Assembly (NCBI GenBank): GCA_965207885.1
Contig: OZ242311.1
Coordinates: 1,792,001 to 1,856,000, forward strand
Reading direction: 5' to 3'
Length of the DNA: 64,000 nucleotides
DNA from: Candidatus Latescibacterota bacterium
GTDB lineage: Bacteria; Latescibacterota; UBA2968
Shown here in pieces: positions 38,908 to 49,139 of this stretch. How positions within the stretch are numbered: the first letter of the stretch is position 1; each line of letters begins with the position of its first letter. The translations under genes were made by a program, and so were the position numbers. The notes under the pieces were generated by a model that was given only the letters and a program-made list of their open reading frames with translations, was not told where the DNA came from and ran no database searches.

Positions 38908-41295
38908 ATGTGGAAAAATTATCTCACCATAATCATACGAAACATCCGCAATCACAGACTTTATTCATTGATCAACATAGTCGGTTTAGCGGTAGGCCTG
39001 ACGAGCTGTGGCCTGATCCTCCTGTGGATACAGCATGAGATAAAATACGATCAACACCATCTCAACGGAGACCGCATTTACAGGGTATTGAGACAGGTAA
39101 AAAATAAAACGACTGGAGATTCCTACTTCAGCAATGGCACCCTGGGACCTTTAGGCCCTGCTCTCAAAGCCGACTTCCCCGAAATCGAGGCGATGACCCG
39201 AATCTTTACCGGTTCTTCATGGGTCCAGTACAAAGATAAGGGATTCCGTAAGAGATTCTGGGTTGCTGATAGTAGTTTTTGGGATGTGTTCACATTTCCT
39301 TTGCTCAAGGGCGATCGCCAAGCTCTACTGAAACATCCTAATTCTGTGGTCGTTACGGAAACCACTGCACGAAAGTATTTTGGTAGCGAGGATCCCATCG
39401 GCAAAGTGATTACTGTAGAAGATCGTTATACAGGGGGAGATTATGAGATAGTGGGCATCTTGAAAGATTTGCCGAGTCAATCAACACTCCGATTTGCCTT
39501 TTTGACGTTTACAGTTTCTTCTTCTCCATTTATGCAACATGTTTGGGAAGTATGGCGCAAATCTTCCTATCGTCCTATCAAAACTTACCTCTTGCTTTCA
39601 GAAGGCACTTCCCATGCTGATTTAGAGCATAAATTGCCGGACTTTACCACCCGCTATTTTGATCCCGAAACGCGTGCGAACACAACGTATCACCTGCAAC
39701 CTTTTCGCCGGATCTATCTCTACTCACATTCAGACTACGGTATAGCAGGTGGTGGAGACATTACTTATGTCTATTTATTTTCTGCTATCGGTACTCTGAT
39801 TCTCTTGATCGCTTGTGCGAACTTTATGAATTTGGCAACAGCGCGTTCAGCCAAAAGAGCACGAGAAGTGGGCATTCGCAAGACTGTCGGCGCACACAAA
39901 CTTCAATTAATCAACCAATTTTTCAGTGAATCGCTATTCATATCACTCCTGTCTTTGCTCTTTTCCATTTCATTGATTGAGCTTGTCCTGCCAGCATTTG
40001 AACAATTTGTGGGCATAGACTTGCGTTTTGGCGTCTCTGATATCCTTATTCTAATCGTCCTTACCGTGCTGATGGGATTACTCGCAGGCAGCTATCCCGC
40101 TTTCTTTTTGTCGAGTTTTCAACCCATACAGGTATTAGGTGGCAAGCACTCAAACGCCTTAAAAGGTATTCGCATGCGAGAAGTCCTGATCGTCTTTCAG
40201 TTCTGTGTGTCTATCGCCCTCATAATTTGTACTGGCGTGGTCTATCAGCAACTGAATTATATCAAAAACAAAAAACTTGGCTTCAACAAAGACATGGTGG
40301 TCATGATGCCGCTATTTGCAAGAGATCGCTCCCTCACAAATAAGTATGAATTGATCAAGCAGGAATTTCTTAAACATCCCAATATTCACCGTGCAACCGC
40401 ATCTCACACCAGCCTCGGATATGGTGGAGGCCGAGAGCTTGTCATTCCGGAGGGAATCGAGGGCGAAGAGGTCAGAATGAGATTTCTGGCGGTAGATGAA
40501 GACTTTTTGGACACATTCGAAATCGATGTGATAGCCGGAAGAAATCTAAATAAGGATATTGCAAGCGACTCGACCAACGCGTTTATTCTCAATGAGACGG
40601 CTGTTAAAAGACTCGGATGGGAAAATCCTGTTGGAAAGCAATTTACCTGGCCTCTTAGGCCTCGTCATGGCACAGTAATTGGGGTCGTACGCGATTTTCA
40701 CCTGCGGTCTCTCCACGAAGAAATAGAGCCAATTTTTATATGCAAATGGCAGGATAAATGGAATTGGCTATCGGTCAAAATTGGACCGGATAACGTCTCA
40801 TCAACGATAGATTTCATGGAAGCAAAATGGAAGCAATTCATCCCAAACCGGCCTTTTGAAAGCTGGTTTCTAAGCGAAAGTCTTGAAGTATCTTATCTAA
40901 AGGAGATCAAGATCTTTAGTGTCCTCGAAATCTTCACACTACTCGCTTCTTTTGTCGCGTGTATGGGACTATTTGGCCTTGCAAATTTCAGTGTTGAACA
41001 AAGAATCAAAGAAATTGGAATCCGCAAAGTGCTGGGCGCAAATCTCGTAGATATTTTCACATTGCTTTCAAAAGAGTTTCTGAAGTTAATCGCGATCGCT
41101 TATGTATTGGCACTTCCCCTCGCTTATTATGCCGGGGAGCAATGGCTACAAAATTTTGCATACCGAATAAATCAGAGCGTGGTTGTTTTTATTATAGGAG
41201 CAGTCTCGGGCATCATTGTCACCCTATTAATCGTGGGCTATCAAGTTGGCAAAGCCTGGGCTGAAGACCCGGTTAAAATGCTCCGCCAGGAGTAA
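38908..41295 (+). CDS. ABC transporter permease, MacB/FtsX family
   Basis: MWKNYL, GGAGG RBS, family motifs, DPVKMLRQE. Confidence 0.95.
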   Translation: MWKNYLTIIIRNIRNHRLYSLINIVGLAVGLTSCGLILLWIQHEIKYDQHHLNGDRIYRVLRQVKNKTTGDSYFSNGTLGPLGPALKADFPEIEAMTRIFTGSSWVQYKDKGFRKRFWVADSSFWDVFTFPLLKGDRQALLKHPNSVVVTETTARKYFGSEDPIGKVITVEDRYTGGDYEIVGILKDLPSQSTLRFAFLTFTVSSSPFMQHVWEVWRKSSYRPIKTYLLLSEGTSHADLEHKLPDFTTRYFDPETRANTTYHLQPFRRIYLYSHSDYGIAGGGDITYVYLFSAIGTLILLIACANFMNLATARSAKRAREVGIRKTVGAHKLQLINQFFSESLFISLLSLLFSISLIELVLPAFEQFVGIDLRFGVSDILILIVLTVLMGLLAGSYPAFFLSSFQPIQVLGGKHSNALKGIRMREVLIVFQFCVSIALIICTGVVYQQLNYIKNKKLGFNKDMVVMMPLFARDRSLTNKYELIKQEFLKHPNIHRATASHTSLGYGGGRELVIPEGIEGEEVRMRFLAVDEDFLDTFEIDVIAGRNLNKDIASDSTNAFILNETAVKRLGWENPVGKQFTWPLRPRHGTVIGVVRDFHLRSLHEEIEPIFICKWQDKWNWLSVKIGPDNVSSTIDFMEAKWKQFIPNRPFESWFLSESLEVSYLKEIKIFSVLEIFTLLASFVACMGLFGLANFSVEQRIKEIGIRKVLGANLVDIFTLLSKEFLKLIAIAYVLALPLAYYAGEQWLQNFAYRINQSVVVFIIGAVSGIIVTLLIVGYQVGKAWAEDPVKMLRQE

Positions 41296-41339
41296 AGGAC
41301 GACCCATCTGATGCAGGTTTAATCGTTATATAAAGAAAG

Positions 41340-43745
41340 GTGGTACAATGCGGCAAATATTTTGTCATTGCTTTAAGGCGAACATTCAGAGATAAAACCT
41401 TCTCTTTGATCAATCTAATCGGGCTTTCTATTAGCATGGCAAGCGTAATACTCATTATGGTATTTATGTATAATGAGTTGACCTTTGACACCTTTCATAA
41501 AAACTCTGATCGCATATTCAGAGTGTTGAGAGAAACTGAATCTTTAGCAGGAGCACCTCAGGTTTCACCAGGGACCTCCGGTATGTTGGGGCAGAGTTTG
41601 GTGGCAGACATTCCTGAAATTGAGAAAGTGACTCGTTTTTTTAGAATGAGCCAAAACTGGGCAACCAACGAAGAGAAGGGATTTTTTGTAGCAGTTTGTG
41701 CTGTTGATCAAGAATTTTTGCAGATATTTTCTTTTCCTCTCAAAATTGGCGATCCAAAAACCGTTTTGAAAGACAAATTCTCTGTCGTTATTACGGAAAA
41801 AACTGCACAAAAGTTTTTCGCCAATGAAAACCCTATTGGTAAAACAATCTCTGTCGATGGCAGGTATTTTGGCGGAGATTATTTCGTATCTGGCGTTGTA
41901 AAAGATATACCTCGAAACTCCTCTTTGCATTTTGACATATTGACATCTACTGTTCACAATGAAATACCATTGACTGCCTGGGAGAGATGGCAACCAAATA
42001 CATCCTGGCGACCAATCCAGACATTTGTCATGTTGTCCGATGCAGCCTCTCCAAAAAACATAGATACCAAACTTCAGGACCTTTTAAATCGTTATATGGG
42101 ACCTGATGTAAGTGAACGCAATCGATATATTCTCCAACCCCTGGAAAGAATGTATTTATACTCTAACCTTGAATATGGAATTAGAGGTGGCGGGGACATT
42201 ACATACGTCTATATTTTTTCGGCAATCGCAATATTTATCGTACTTATTGCCAGCTTTAACTTTGTAAATCTATCTATAGCGCGATCTGCTGCCAGACTAA
42301 AAGAAATTGGCGTGAGGAAAACCGTCGGTGCCCATAAGAGTAGCCTTATTTTTCAGTTTATAGCCGAAGCTGTTTTTACGGCATTTTGTTCTTCACTTCT
42401 CGCCTTTAGTATTGTAGAAATCTCTCTTCCCTATCTGGATAGCTACATAAATCAAGAAGCCAAATTGGAATTCAGCGAACATCTGTTATTTGTTATAACA
42501 TTTCTTACAGCCCTTATTATCGGTACTATATCCGGACTATATCCGGCACTTTTCCTGGCATCTTTTCACCCCGCCCAAATACTAAGACGTGAACTCCAGT
42601 TTAATAACTCTGGAAAATGGCTGAGAAATGGCTCTTTAATTTTTCAATTTGCTGCTTCTGTCGTGCTTATCATCAGCACAATTGTTGTATATAAACAAAT
42701 GGCATTTATTCAAAACAAGGCGTTGGGATTTGATAAAGAGCATATTGTCGTATTACCTCTTTTTACGACTGACCGCTCTCTAAATGAGCGATATCGCGTT
42801 ATTAAGCAGGAATTTTTGAAACACCCCAATGTGATCTCTGCATCTGCATCCAATTCTACTATCGCCTGGTTTGGTGGCGCATTTCATACAGTCTATCCCG
42901 AAGGTTTTCAGGGTAACGAATGGCAGATGAGGATATTGGGCGTTGACGAAGACTTTATAGATCTGTATGGGATAACACTGTCAAAAGGCCGGAACTTTTC
43001 CGTGGATATTCCGGGTGATGCAACCGATGCTTATCTCTTAAATGAAACAGCAGTTGAGCAACTCGGGTGGCAAAATCCGATAGGAAAACAGTTCGAATGG
43101 GCATATTGGAAGCGTAAGGGCATTGTGATTGGTGTTGTTGAGGATTTTCATAACCGATCTCTCAAAGAACCCATCAGGCCAATTGCACTATGTATGTGGC
43201 AGCCCAAGTATAATCTTCTCTCTCTAAAAATTAGAGGTGAAAATATCAAAGATACAATGGCTTTTTTGGAGGATCAATGGAGTCGATTTATTCCTGACAA
43301 ACCATTCAAAGCCGCCTTTTTAGATGAACACCTGAACCAGCTATATCAAAATGACATTAATTTCGGGCGTATATTTGGCGTATTTGCATTGCTCGCCATT
43401 TTTATAGCCTGTTTGGGCATGTTGGGCATGGTATCTTATGCTTTAGAAAGAAGAACTAAAGAGATTGGAATTCGAAAAATTTTGGGCGCTTCAGCCTGGA
43501 ATATTATTGTCCTGATTTTCTCCGAGTTCTTCGGAATCCTTGTTGTTGCTAATTTATTTGCGTGGTTAATTGCATTTCTTTTGATGGATAATTGGTTGCT
43601 TTCATTTGCTTACAAGATCGAACTATCACCTCATACTTTTGCCCTGGGAACGCTATTTGCAATTGCAATTACTTTTGCAACTGTAGCCCGGCATTTGATA
43701 CAGGCCGCCTCAAAAAATCCCATTGACGAAATAAGGTATGAATAG
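41340..43745 (+). CDS. ABC transporter permease, MacB/FtsX family
   Basis: Family motifs; shares GGGDITYVY with the 38908 copy; exact start uncertain. Confidence 0.9.
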   Translation: MVQCGKYFVIALRRTFRDKTFSLINLIGLSISMASVILIMVFMYNELTFDTFHKNSDRIFRVLRETESLAGAPQVSPGTSGMLGQSLVADIPEIEKVTRFFRMSQNWATNEEKGFFVAVCAVDQEFLQIFSFPLKIGDPKTVLKDKFSVVITEKTAQKFFANENPIGKTISVDGRYFGGDYFVSGVVKDIPRNSSLHFDILTSTVHNEIPLTAWERWQPNTSWRPIQTFVMLSDAASPKNIDTKLQDLLNRYMGPDVSERNRYILQPLERMYLYSNLEYGIRGGGDITYVYIFSAIAIFIVLIASFNFVNLSIARSAARLKEIGVRKTVGAHKSSLIFQFIAEAVFTAFCSSLLAFSIVEISLPYLDSYINQEAKLEFSEHLLFVITFLTALIIGTISGLYPALFLASFHPAQILRRELQFNNSGKWLRNGSLIFQFAASVVLIISTIVVYKQMAFIQNKALGFDKEHIVVLPLFTTDRSLNERYRVIKQEFLKHPNVISASASNSTIAWFGGAFHTVYPEGFQGNEWQMRILGVDEDFIDLYGITLSKGRNFSVDIPGDATDAYLLNETAVEQLGWQNPIGKQFEWAYWKRKGIVIGVVEDFHNRSLKEPIRPIALCMWQPKYNLLSLKIRGENIKDTMAFLEDQWSRFIPDKPFKAAFLDEHLNQLYQNDINFGRIFGVFALLAIFIACLGMLGMVSYALERRTKEIGIRKILGASAWNIIVLIFSEFFGILVVANLFAWLIAFLLMDNWLLSFAYKIELSPHTFALGTLFAIAITFATVARHLIQAASKNPIDEIRYE

Positions 43746-44917
43746 ACCGGGAATCAGGGAAAACGACATAATGGGATTTTGACTGTACTTTTTCAAACAC
43801 AGAGGGCGCATTGATGTTCAAAAACTATCTCGTCATCACGATTCGCAATTTGCTCAAATACAAAATGTACTCAGCGATCAATGTTATCGGGCTGGGTATT
43901 GGCATTGGGTGTGTCATATTGATCGGTCTGTTTGTACAAAACGAGTTGGCTGTTAACACCCAACATCCCCATACAGATCGCTTATATCGGGTCATTGGTG
44001 AGTATCGATCAGAAAATGGTCAGAAAACATACGACTGGCGCATTTCGGGTGCTGTTGGTCCCACTCTGGCACGCGATTTCCCCGAAGTTGAAATCTCCAC
44101 ACGCACAATGCTTCGCCAGGCCTGGGTGCAGCATGAGGACAAAGTCTTGAATCGGGTATTTTGTCTCGCGGACCCGAATTGCCTGGATGTATTCAACTTT
44201 CCAATAATACAGGGTGACAAGTCTGCTCTTTTACAGCATAATTCTGTTTTTATCACCGAGTCTATGGTACGCGATTATTTTGGCGATCAAGACCCCATCG
44301 GCAAAGTGCTTACGGTCGAAGGGGCCTATATCGGGGGCGATTATACTGTCGCGGGTGTGCTTCAAGATTTGCCCAGGCGGTCTTCGATTCGTTTTGACAT
44401 GCTTTCAGCCTCTGTCAGGCCTGCTTTTCTGTCTCGATACTGGAATGCCTATTTGCCATTAGCACATTGGCGAGGCGGAATCACGGTCCACGTACGGTTA
44501 AAAGAAAACACGTCAGTTGAAAAATTGGCTTTAAAAATACCCGCGATGGTGGAACAGTATATGGGACCGGAAATGGTAGCACGCACGACGTATCACTTCC
44601 AGCCCATGGATGAAGTGCATTTGTACTCGCGACGCGATTATGGACTGCAAGACGTATTCGACCTTGAAGGGCCAGTGACGTATGGCAATATTGCACATGT
44701 TTATGCTGCATCCGCTACAGCCATTCTCATCTTTTTAATTGCAAGCATCAACTTCATCAATTTGACCACAGCCCGATCAGCTAACCGGGCACGCGAGGTG
44801 GGATTGCGAAAAGTGGTCGGCGCGCATCGAGGGCAACTCGCTTTGCAATTTTTGGCCGAGTCGGTGATTTTCTCTGTATTGAGTTTGATTGTGGGGTTAG
44901 TTTTTGTTTCTGATTTC

Positions 44918-46115
44918 CATGGTACACGACAAAACTTAAATTGTTTTAAACAGTGGCGGATTACTCAGTAAACGAATGCATATGAGGAACTGTTGGGTTT
45001 GTTGGTTTATATTGAGCAGGACATACTGCAAATAGTCCAACCCATATCGGAAGAGACTTTTCTCCATCCGCCCGTGATTTTTGATCGTCAAAGGATTTGT
45101 TTTTGCTATCCATTCGCCGATGATATGCGCCCAGATGCAGGCAATGGCCAAAAGCGCGATGAGTTTCTCAATGCGGTCTTGATGTATAAGATGGGTCTCT
45201 TCCAGATTAAATCCTCGACTTTTAAGATTGGCAAAAAGGACTTCAATGCCCCATCGTTTTTTATAGGTATCCAATGCGGCTTGACCTTTTTGGTTGCTGG
45301 CAAGAATGAGGTATTGGTCCTTCAATCTTAGTGCAGACAGATATACAGGCAGGTCATAAACGCGGTGGCGTTTGCACAAGTTGACCTGCTGATGGATATT
45401 AAGATTTTCAAACCGTTTTCTTATGGGGATCTCTCTACCGCCTGATGAGACAAGAGCGTTTTCCTTGATGCGAATAACAAAGGGTATATTTTGTGTGTCT
45501 AACCACCTAAACCATTCTCTTCCAATAAATTCTCTGTCTGCGACGACAACGCGGATATGCGATTTGCAGATGCAGTTGAGCATTTCTTGCATCAAATGGA
45601 TACGCTCATCACTATTGGAATTGCCCCGTTTTTTTAACAAGTGCCAACAGATAGGAAAGGCGACCCCTTCATAGATAATGCCTGCGGTTAGGATGTTGAT
45701 ATTGAATTTTCCCAACTTCCAATTGGTGCGATCTATTGAGACTATAAAATCCGACTTTATAGGTAATAAGTGCAAGATCAATTGTCTCACACACGCATAG
45801 GGTAAGGCAAAGTGGGCAAAGAAGCGTTGGATACGACGATAATTAGATTTCTGCTTGACGGTTCCATTGAGTGCGTTTGCCAGTTTCATAAAATTGACGC
45901 TACGCAATTTTATCAGCGACAATATGAACGCAGCGGTAAACGTTATTCGGGCTTTATGCCAGTGAAAATATCCTTGCATAATCGTTTGAAGTTCAATAGT
46001 TTCAGGAGACATAGACCTGTGCCTTGTTAAGATGAGAAAGGTTTGTCTTGGGACATTCAAACCTAACTCTTTTTAGCTTTTTTCACAGGTCTTTTATTTT
46101 TTGTCGTGTACTATG
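44918..46115 (-). mobile_element. IS4-family insertion sequence (IS10 group / ISAba1-like ends), 1198 bp
   Basis: 17-bp IRs CATGGTACACGACAAAA / TTTTGTCGTGTACTATG (one mismatch); 9-bp target duplication TCTGATTTC at 44909-17 and 46116-24. Confidence 0.95.
44936..46012 (-). CDS. IS4-family DDE transposase
   Basis: IDRTNWK, VADREF, YKKRWGIEVLFANLKSRGFNLE (Y-R-E-K signature); uninterrupted frame. Confidence 0.95.
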   Translation of the reverse strand: MSPETIELQTIMQGYFHWHKARITFTAAFILSLIKLRSVNFMKLANALNGTVKQKSNYRRIQRFFAHFALPYACVRQLILHLLPIKSDFIVSIDRTNWKLGKFNINILTAGIIYEGVAFPICWHLLKKRGNSNSDERIHLMQEMLNCICKSHIRVVVADREFIGREWFRWLDTQNIPFVIRIKENALVSSGGREIPIRKRFENLNIHQQVNLCKRHRVYDLPVYLSALRLKDQYLILASNQKGQAALDTYKKRWGIEVLFANLKSRGFNLEETHLIHQDRIEKLIALLAIACIWAHIIGEWIAKTNPLTIKNHGRMEKSLFRYGLDYLQYVLLNINQQTQQFLICIRLLSNPPLFKTI

Positions 46116-47544
46116 TCTGATTTCTTACCACATTTCAACGACTATACGGGTAATTCTTTAACATTGGATATCACGGGCAATATGGCACTTGCTCTGGTTG
46201 GATTATCTCTGATAACAGGGCTTCTTACGGGGATTTATCCCGCATTTCTTTTATCGCGGTTTCGGCCTGTTGAAGTGCTCAAAGGCACACTCGCAGCAGG
46301 TGCCCGCGGTGGATTATTGCGCAAAGTGCTGGTGATTTTCCAGTTTAGCACATCTATTGCACTAATTGTAATCACATTGGTTGTGTTTAATCAAATGTCG
46401 TATATCCAAAACAAAGATCTGGGATTTGACAAAGAGTACGTCGTTGAGTCTCGTCTCTTGTGGGAATCTCGCAATTCTCGTTTGTATGAAGATCGCTTGT
46501 GGGAGCGGTACAATGTTGTCAAAGATGCGTTTTTGCAGCATCCCAATATTACGGCTGCAACAATTTCGCGTTCTTCACACGGACGCACTGCGCCGCAAGC
46601 GACTTTTAGTGCTTATGAACCGGGCAAAGAAGAATTGCGTATGGGCAGAAATGAAGTGGATGAAGATTTTCTGAGTTTCTTCAATATTGAACTTATTGCG
46701 GGTCGAGACTTTTCAGAAGACGCAGCGAAAAGGTATGATTCGGAATCATTTGTGCCCCGAGATCAGTTGGATCAATTGAAAGTTCACGGTCAGACAGAAT
46801 ACATTCTCAATGAAACCGCTGTTAAAATGCTGGGTTGGACAGACCCCATTGGCAAACCATTTGGTGTGAAAGGACGAAGACCGGGGTGTGTTGTAGGCGT
46901 GGTTAAAGATTTTCACTCGCGCACATTGCACGAGCCACTGGGCCCTATGGTTTTATATGCGAACAACGCGGTACCCAAGACACTCTACTTGAAGGTAAGC
47001 CCTCATAATTTCGATGAAACCGTTGCACACATGGAAAAAGTATGGAAACATTTTTTGCCGATTCGCCCTTTTGCTTACACGTTTATGGATGACAATCTGA
47101 ATCAGCGATATACACAGGAGCGACAGTTGAGCCAAACGATGAGCGTTTTTGCTGCTCTGGCTATTTTCGTTGCCTGTCTGGGCCTATTGGGGCTGGTCTC
47201 ATTTTTGACCGAACAGCGCAAAAAGGAAGTGGGTATTCGCAAGGTGTTGGGTGCATCTGCAGGTCTTGTTGTAGGGCTGTTCTTGAAAGAGTTTATTCGC
47301 CTGGTATTGATATCCTGTTTATTGGCATGGCCGATTGCCTATTGGGCAACCAATGAATGGTTACAGCATTTTGCCTATCGCATTGAGATTTCGGCACTGC
47401 CGTTTTTAGTAGGTGGTGTGTGTATGGTTGTCCTGACAACAATAACAGTAGCGTATAAGGTGATCAAAACAGCCCAGGCAAATCCAATAGAAGCCTTGCG
47501 GCATGAATGATTATAAAACAGTCTGGTATAACCGTGAGGGCATC

Positions 47545-48360
47545 CTAATCACCCACCTCTGAAGACCGCACATACAACGCCTCAAAGCGATCCTTCGCCT
47601 CCCACCCCAACAACCGCTTCGCCTTATCGGGCCGATACTTATCGTGCGGCAGCCGCGCACAAATAAAAAAATTCTCATAAGGCGACGGCATCTCGGGCGC
47701 TCGCAGCCCGCACAAAAACGCTGCGCCAGTATCCTCCCACGACGTCGTATAGGGATGTGCGCCGCGCCCATATTCTTCGGGCAACACCTCGCCTGGACGA
47801 AACTGCGTATAAACATAAGCAAGCACCTCCAGGCCCTCGCGCTCGGCAAAAACGCGCGTCACATGCCCGCCCAGATACTTGGTCAGCGCGTAGAGATCAT
47901 CGCCAGGATGCAGCGGGATATCGGCATCCAACTGAAAATCGTTCCAATAATCGGCATTGTGATCCAGCGAAGTATGAAAAGGGCCCGTGTGGATCAGCCG
48001 CTTAATCCCACATGCCACACAGGCTTTAGCCACATTGTAAGCACCCACCATATTCACCTGAAAAGCCAGCACCGGATGCGGTCGAATCACAGACACATTG
48101 ACCGCCGCATCCATACCCTCGCACGCGGCCAGCACCTGCTCGTAATCCGTAATATCCACAACCCGATTCTCGTGCGGCGGACCCAACACCTCTGGAATCG
48201 GCGCCCGGGGACTCTGCGGCGGCGAAACCGCGATCTCTGTCATAGACCGAAGATCGGTCACCCGCAAAGTATAATGGTCTTTAAGCGCAGAAATCGCCGC
48301 TGCACCCACCGGACCACCAGCCCCAAACAACACCACATTCCCCTCATTTACAGTCGCCAT
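47545..48360 (-). CDS. NAD-dependent epimerase/dehydratase (extended SDR, uronate dehydrogenase-like)
   Basis: FGAGGPVG, VNMVGAYNV, YALTK catalytic motif; start at ATG 48360. Confidence 0.85.
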   Translation of the reverse strand: MATVNEGNVVLFGAGGPVGAAAISALKDHYTLRVTDLRSMTEIAVSPPQSPRAPIPEVLGPPHENRVVDITDYEQVLAACEGMDAAVNVSVIRPHPVLAFQVNMVGAYNVAKACVACGIKRLIHTGPFHTSLDHNADYWNDFQLDADIPLHPGDDLYALTKYLGGHVTRVFAEREGLEVLAYVYTQFRPGEVLPEEYGRGAHPYTTSWEDTGAAFLCGLRAPEMPSPYENFFICARLPHDKYRPDKAKRLLGWEAKDRFEALYVRSSEVGD

Positions 48361-48371
48361 AACATTTCCCC

Positions 48372-48971
48372 TCAAGCAAAACGCCCACTCGACGCCACAT
48401 GCGACAGCGACCAGTGGTGCCCCTCGCGCTCGGCTATAAGCGCATCGCGCACAGCCGTCACCGCATCCTCCGCCATAGTCTCCACACCCGGCGCACCAAG
48501 GCGCAAACAACGCACCTCAATCTGGCCCGTACGCGCAATCTCCCGCCCCACCAGCTCAGCCATAAACGGTGCCAGTGCCTCAGCCTCTGCTCGCGGTATC
48601 GCATTCCACCGCGGATCAACGATATATTCCTCCGGATAATCCCGCACCAAATCCAGACAACTCAACAACACCACCTTCTCAATACCGGCGGCACAGGCAG
48701 CCGTCAGCGCCACATAAGTCCCCCGCGCCGCTACGTCGAGCAAAACCTGCTCGCTATCCCCTATTGGATCGCTGGCCGCCGCGTACACAACAGCCTCTAC
48801 GCCCGCCAGCACCGGATCTACCGATTCTCGCTGGAGCAAATCAACCTGTCGGTACCCGGCAAAATCACGGGCATCTTCCGAACCGATCGCCACCACCTCA
48901 AACCCCGCGCCCAACCCCGTCGCCAGCAGCGCACCCCAGGGACGATCCGCGCCAATCACTGCCACATTCAT
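48372..48971 (-). CDS. Degenerate NAD(P)-binding epimerase-like protein
   Basis: Rossmann start VAVIGADRPWG, GTY..L.A, CLRLG; lacks YxxxK; GAGGAG RBS. Confidence 0.7.
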   Translation of the reverse strand: MNVAVIGADRPWGALLATGLGAGFEVVAIGSEDARDFAGYRQVDLLQRESVDPVLAGVEAVVYAAASDPIGDSEQVLLDVAARGTYVALTAACAAGIEKVVLLSCLDLVRDYPEEYIVDPRWNAIPRAEAEALAPFMAELVGREIARTGQIEVRCLRLGAPGVETMAEDAVTAVRDALIAEREGHHWSLSHVASSGRFA

Positions 48972-49050
48972 AAGTATCTCCTCCTCAATTATTCTGCAAT
49001 ATACGCGATACGCTCCAAGGAACGCAACCTTCAAAAAGCGCGAACATCTA

Positions 49051-49074
49051 TTTGACTTGCACCTGCATGTCAAA
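49051..49074. promoter_or_regulatory. Palindrome in divergent promoter region
   Basis: TTTGACTTGCA-CC-TGCATGTCAAA (10/11 symmetric), followed by TATATT. Confidence 0.5.
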
Positions 49075-49139
49075 GGCTATATTTTGCCATCAATTGAACT
49101 GCATCACCCACCTGCTATTCTTTCAAGGAGAACCCTGAC

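Larger units (their letters stand above)
43814..47510 (+). pseudogene. MacB/FtsX permease interrupted by an IS4-family element
   Basis: Joining 43814-44917 to 46125-47510 restores one frame (...GLVFVSDF|LPHFND...), 829 aa. Confidence 0.95.

Noticed and set aside
47644-48639. Long alternative-frame ORFs here and at 49785-50735, 51020-51929 and 52824-53603
   Set aside because: Shadow ORFs caused by the T-poor, stop-depleted skewed sequence; low-complexity translations overlapping well-supported genes.
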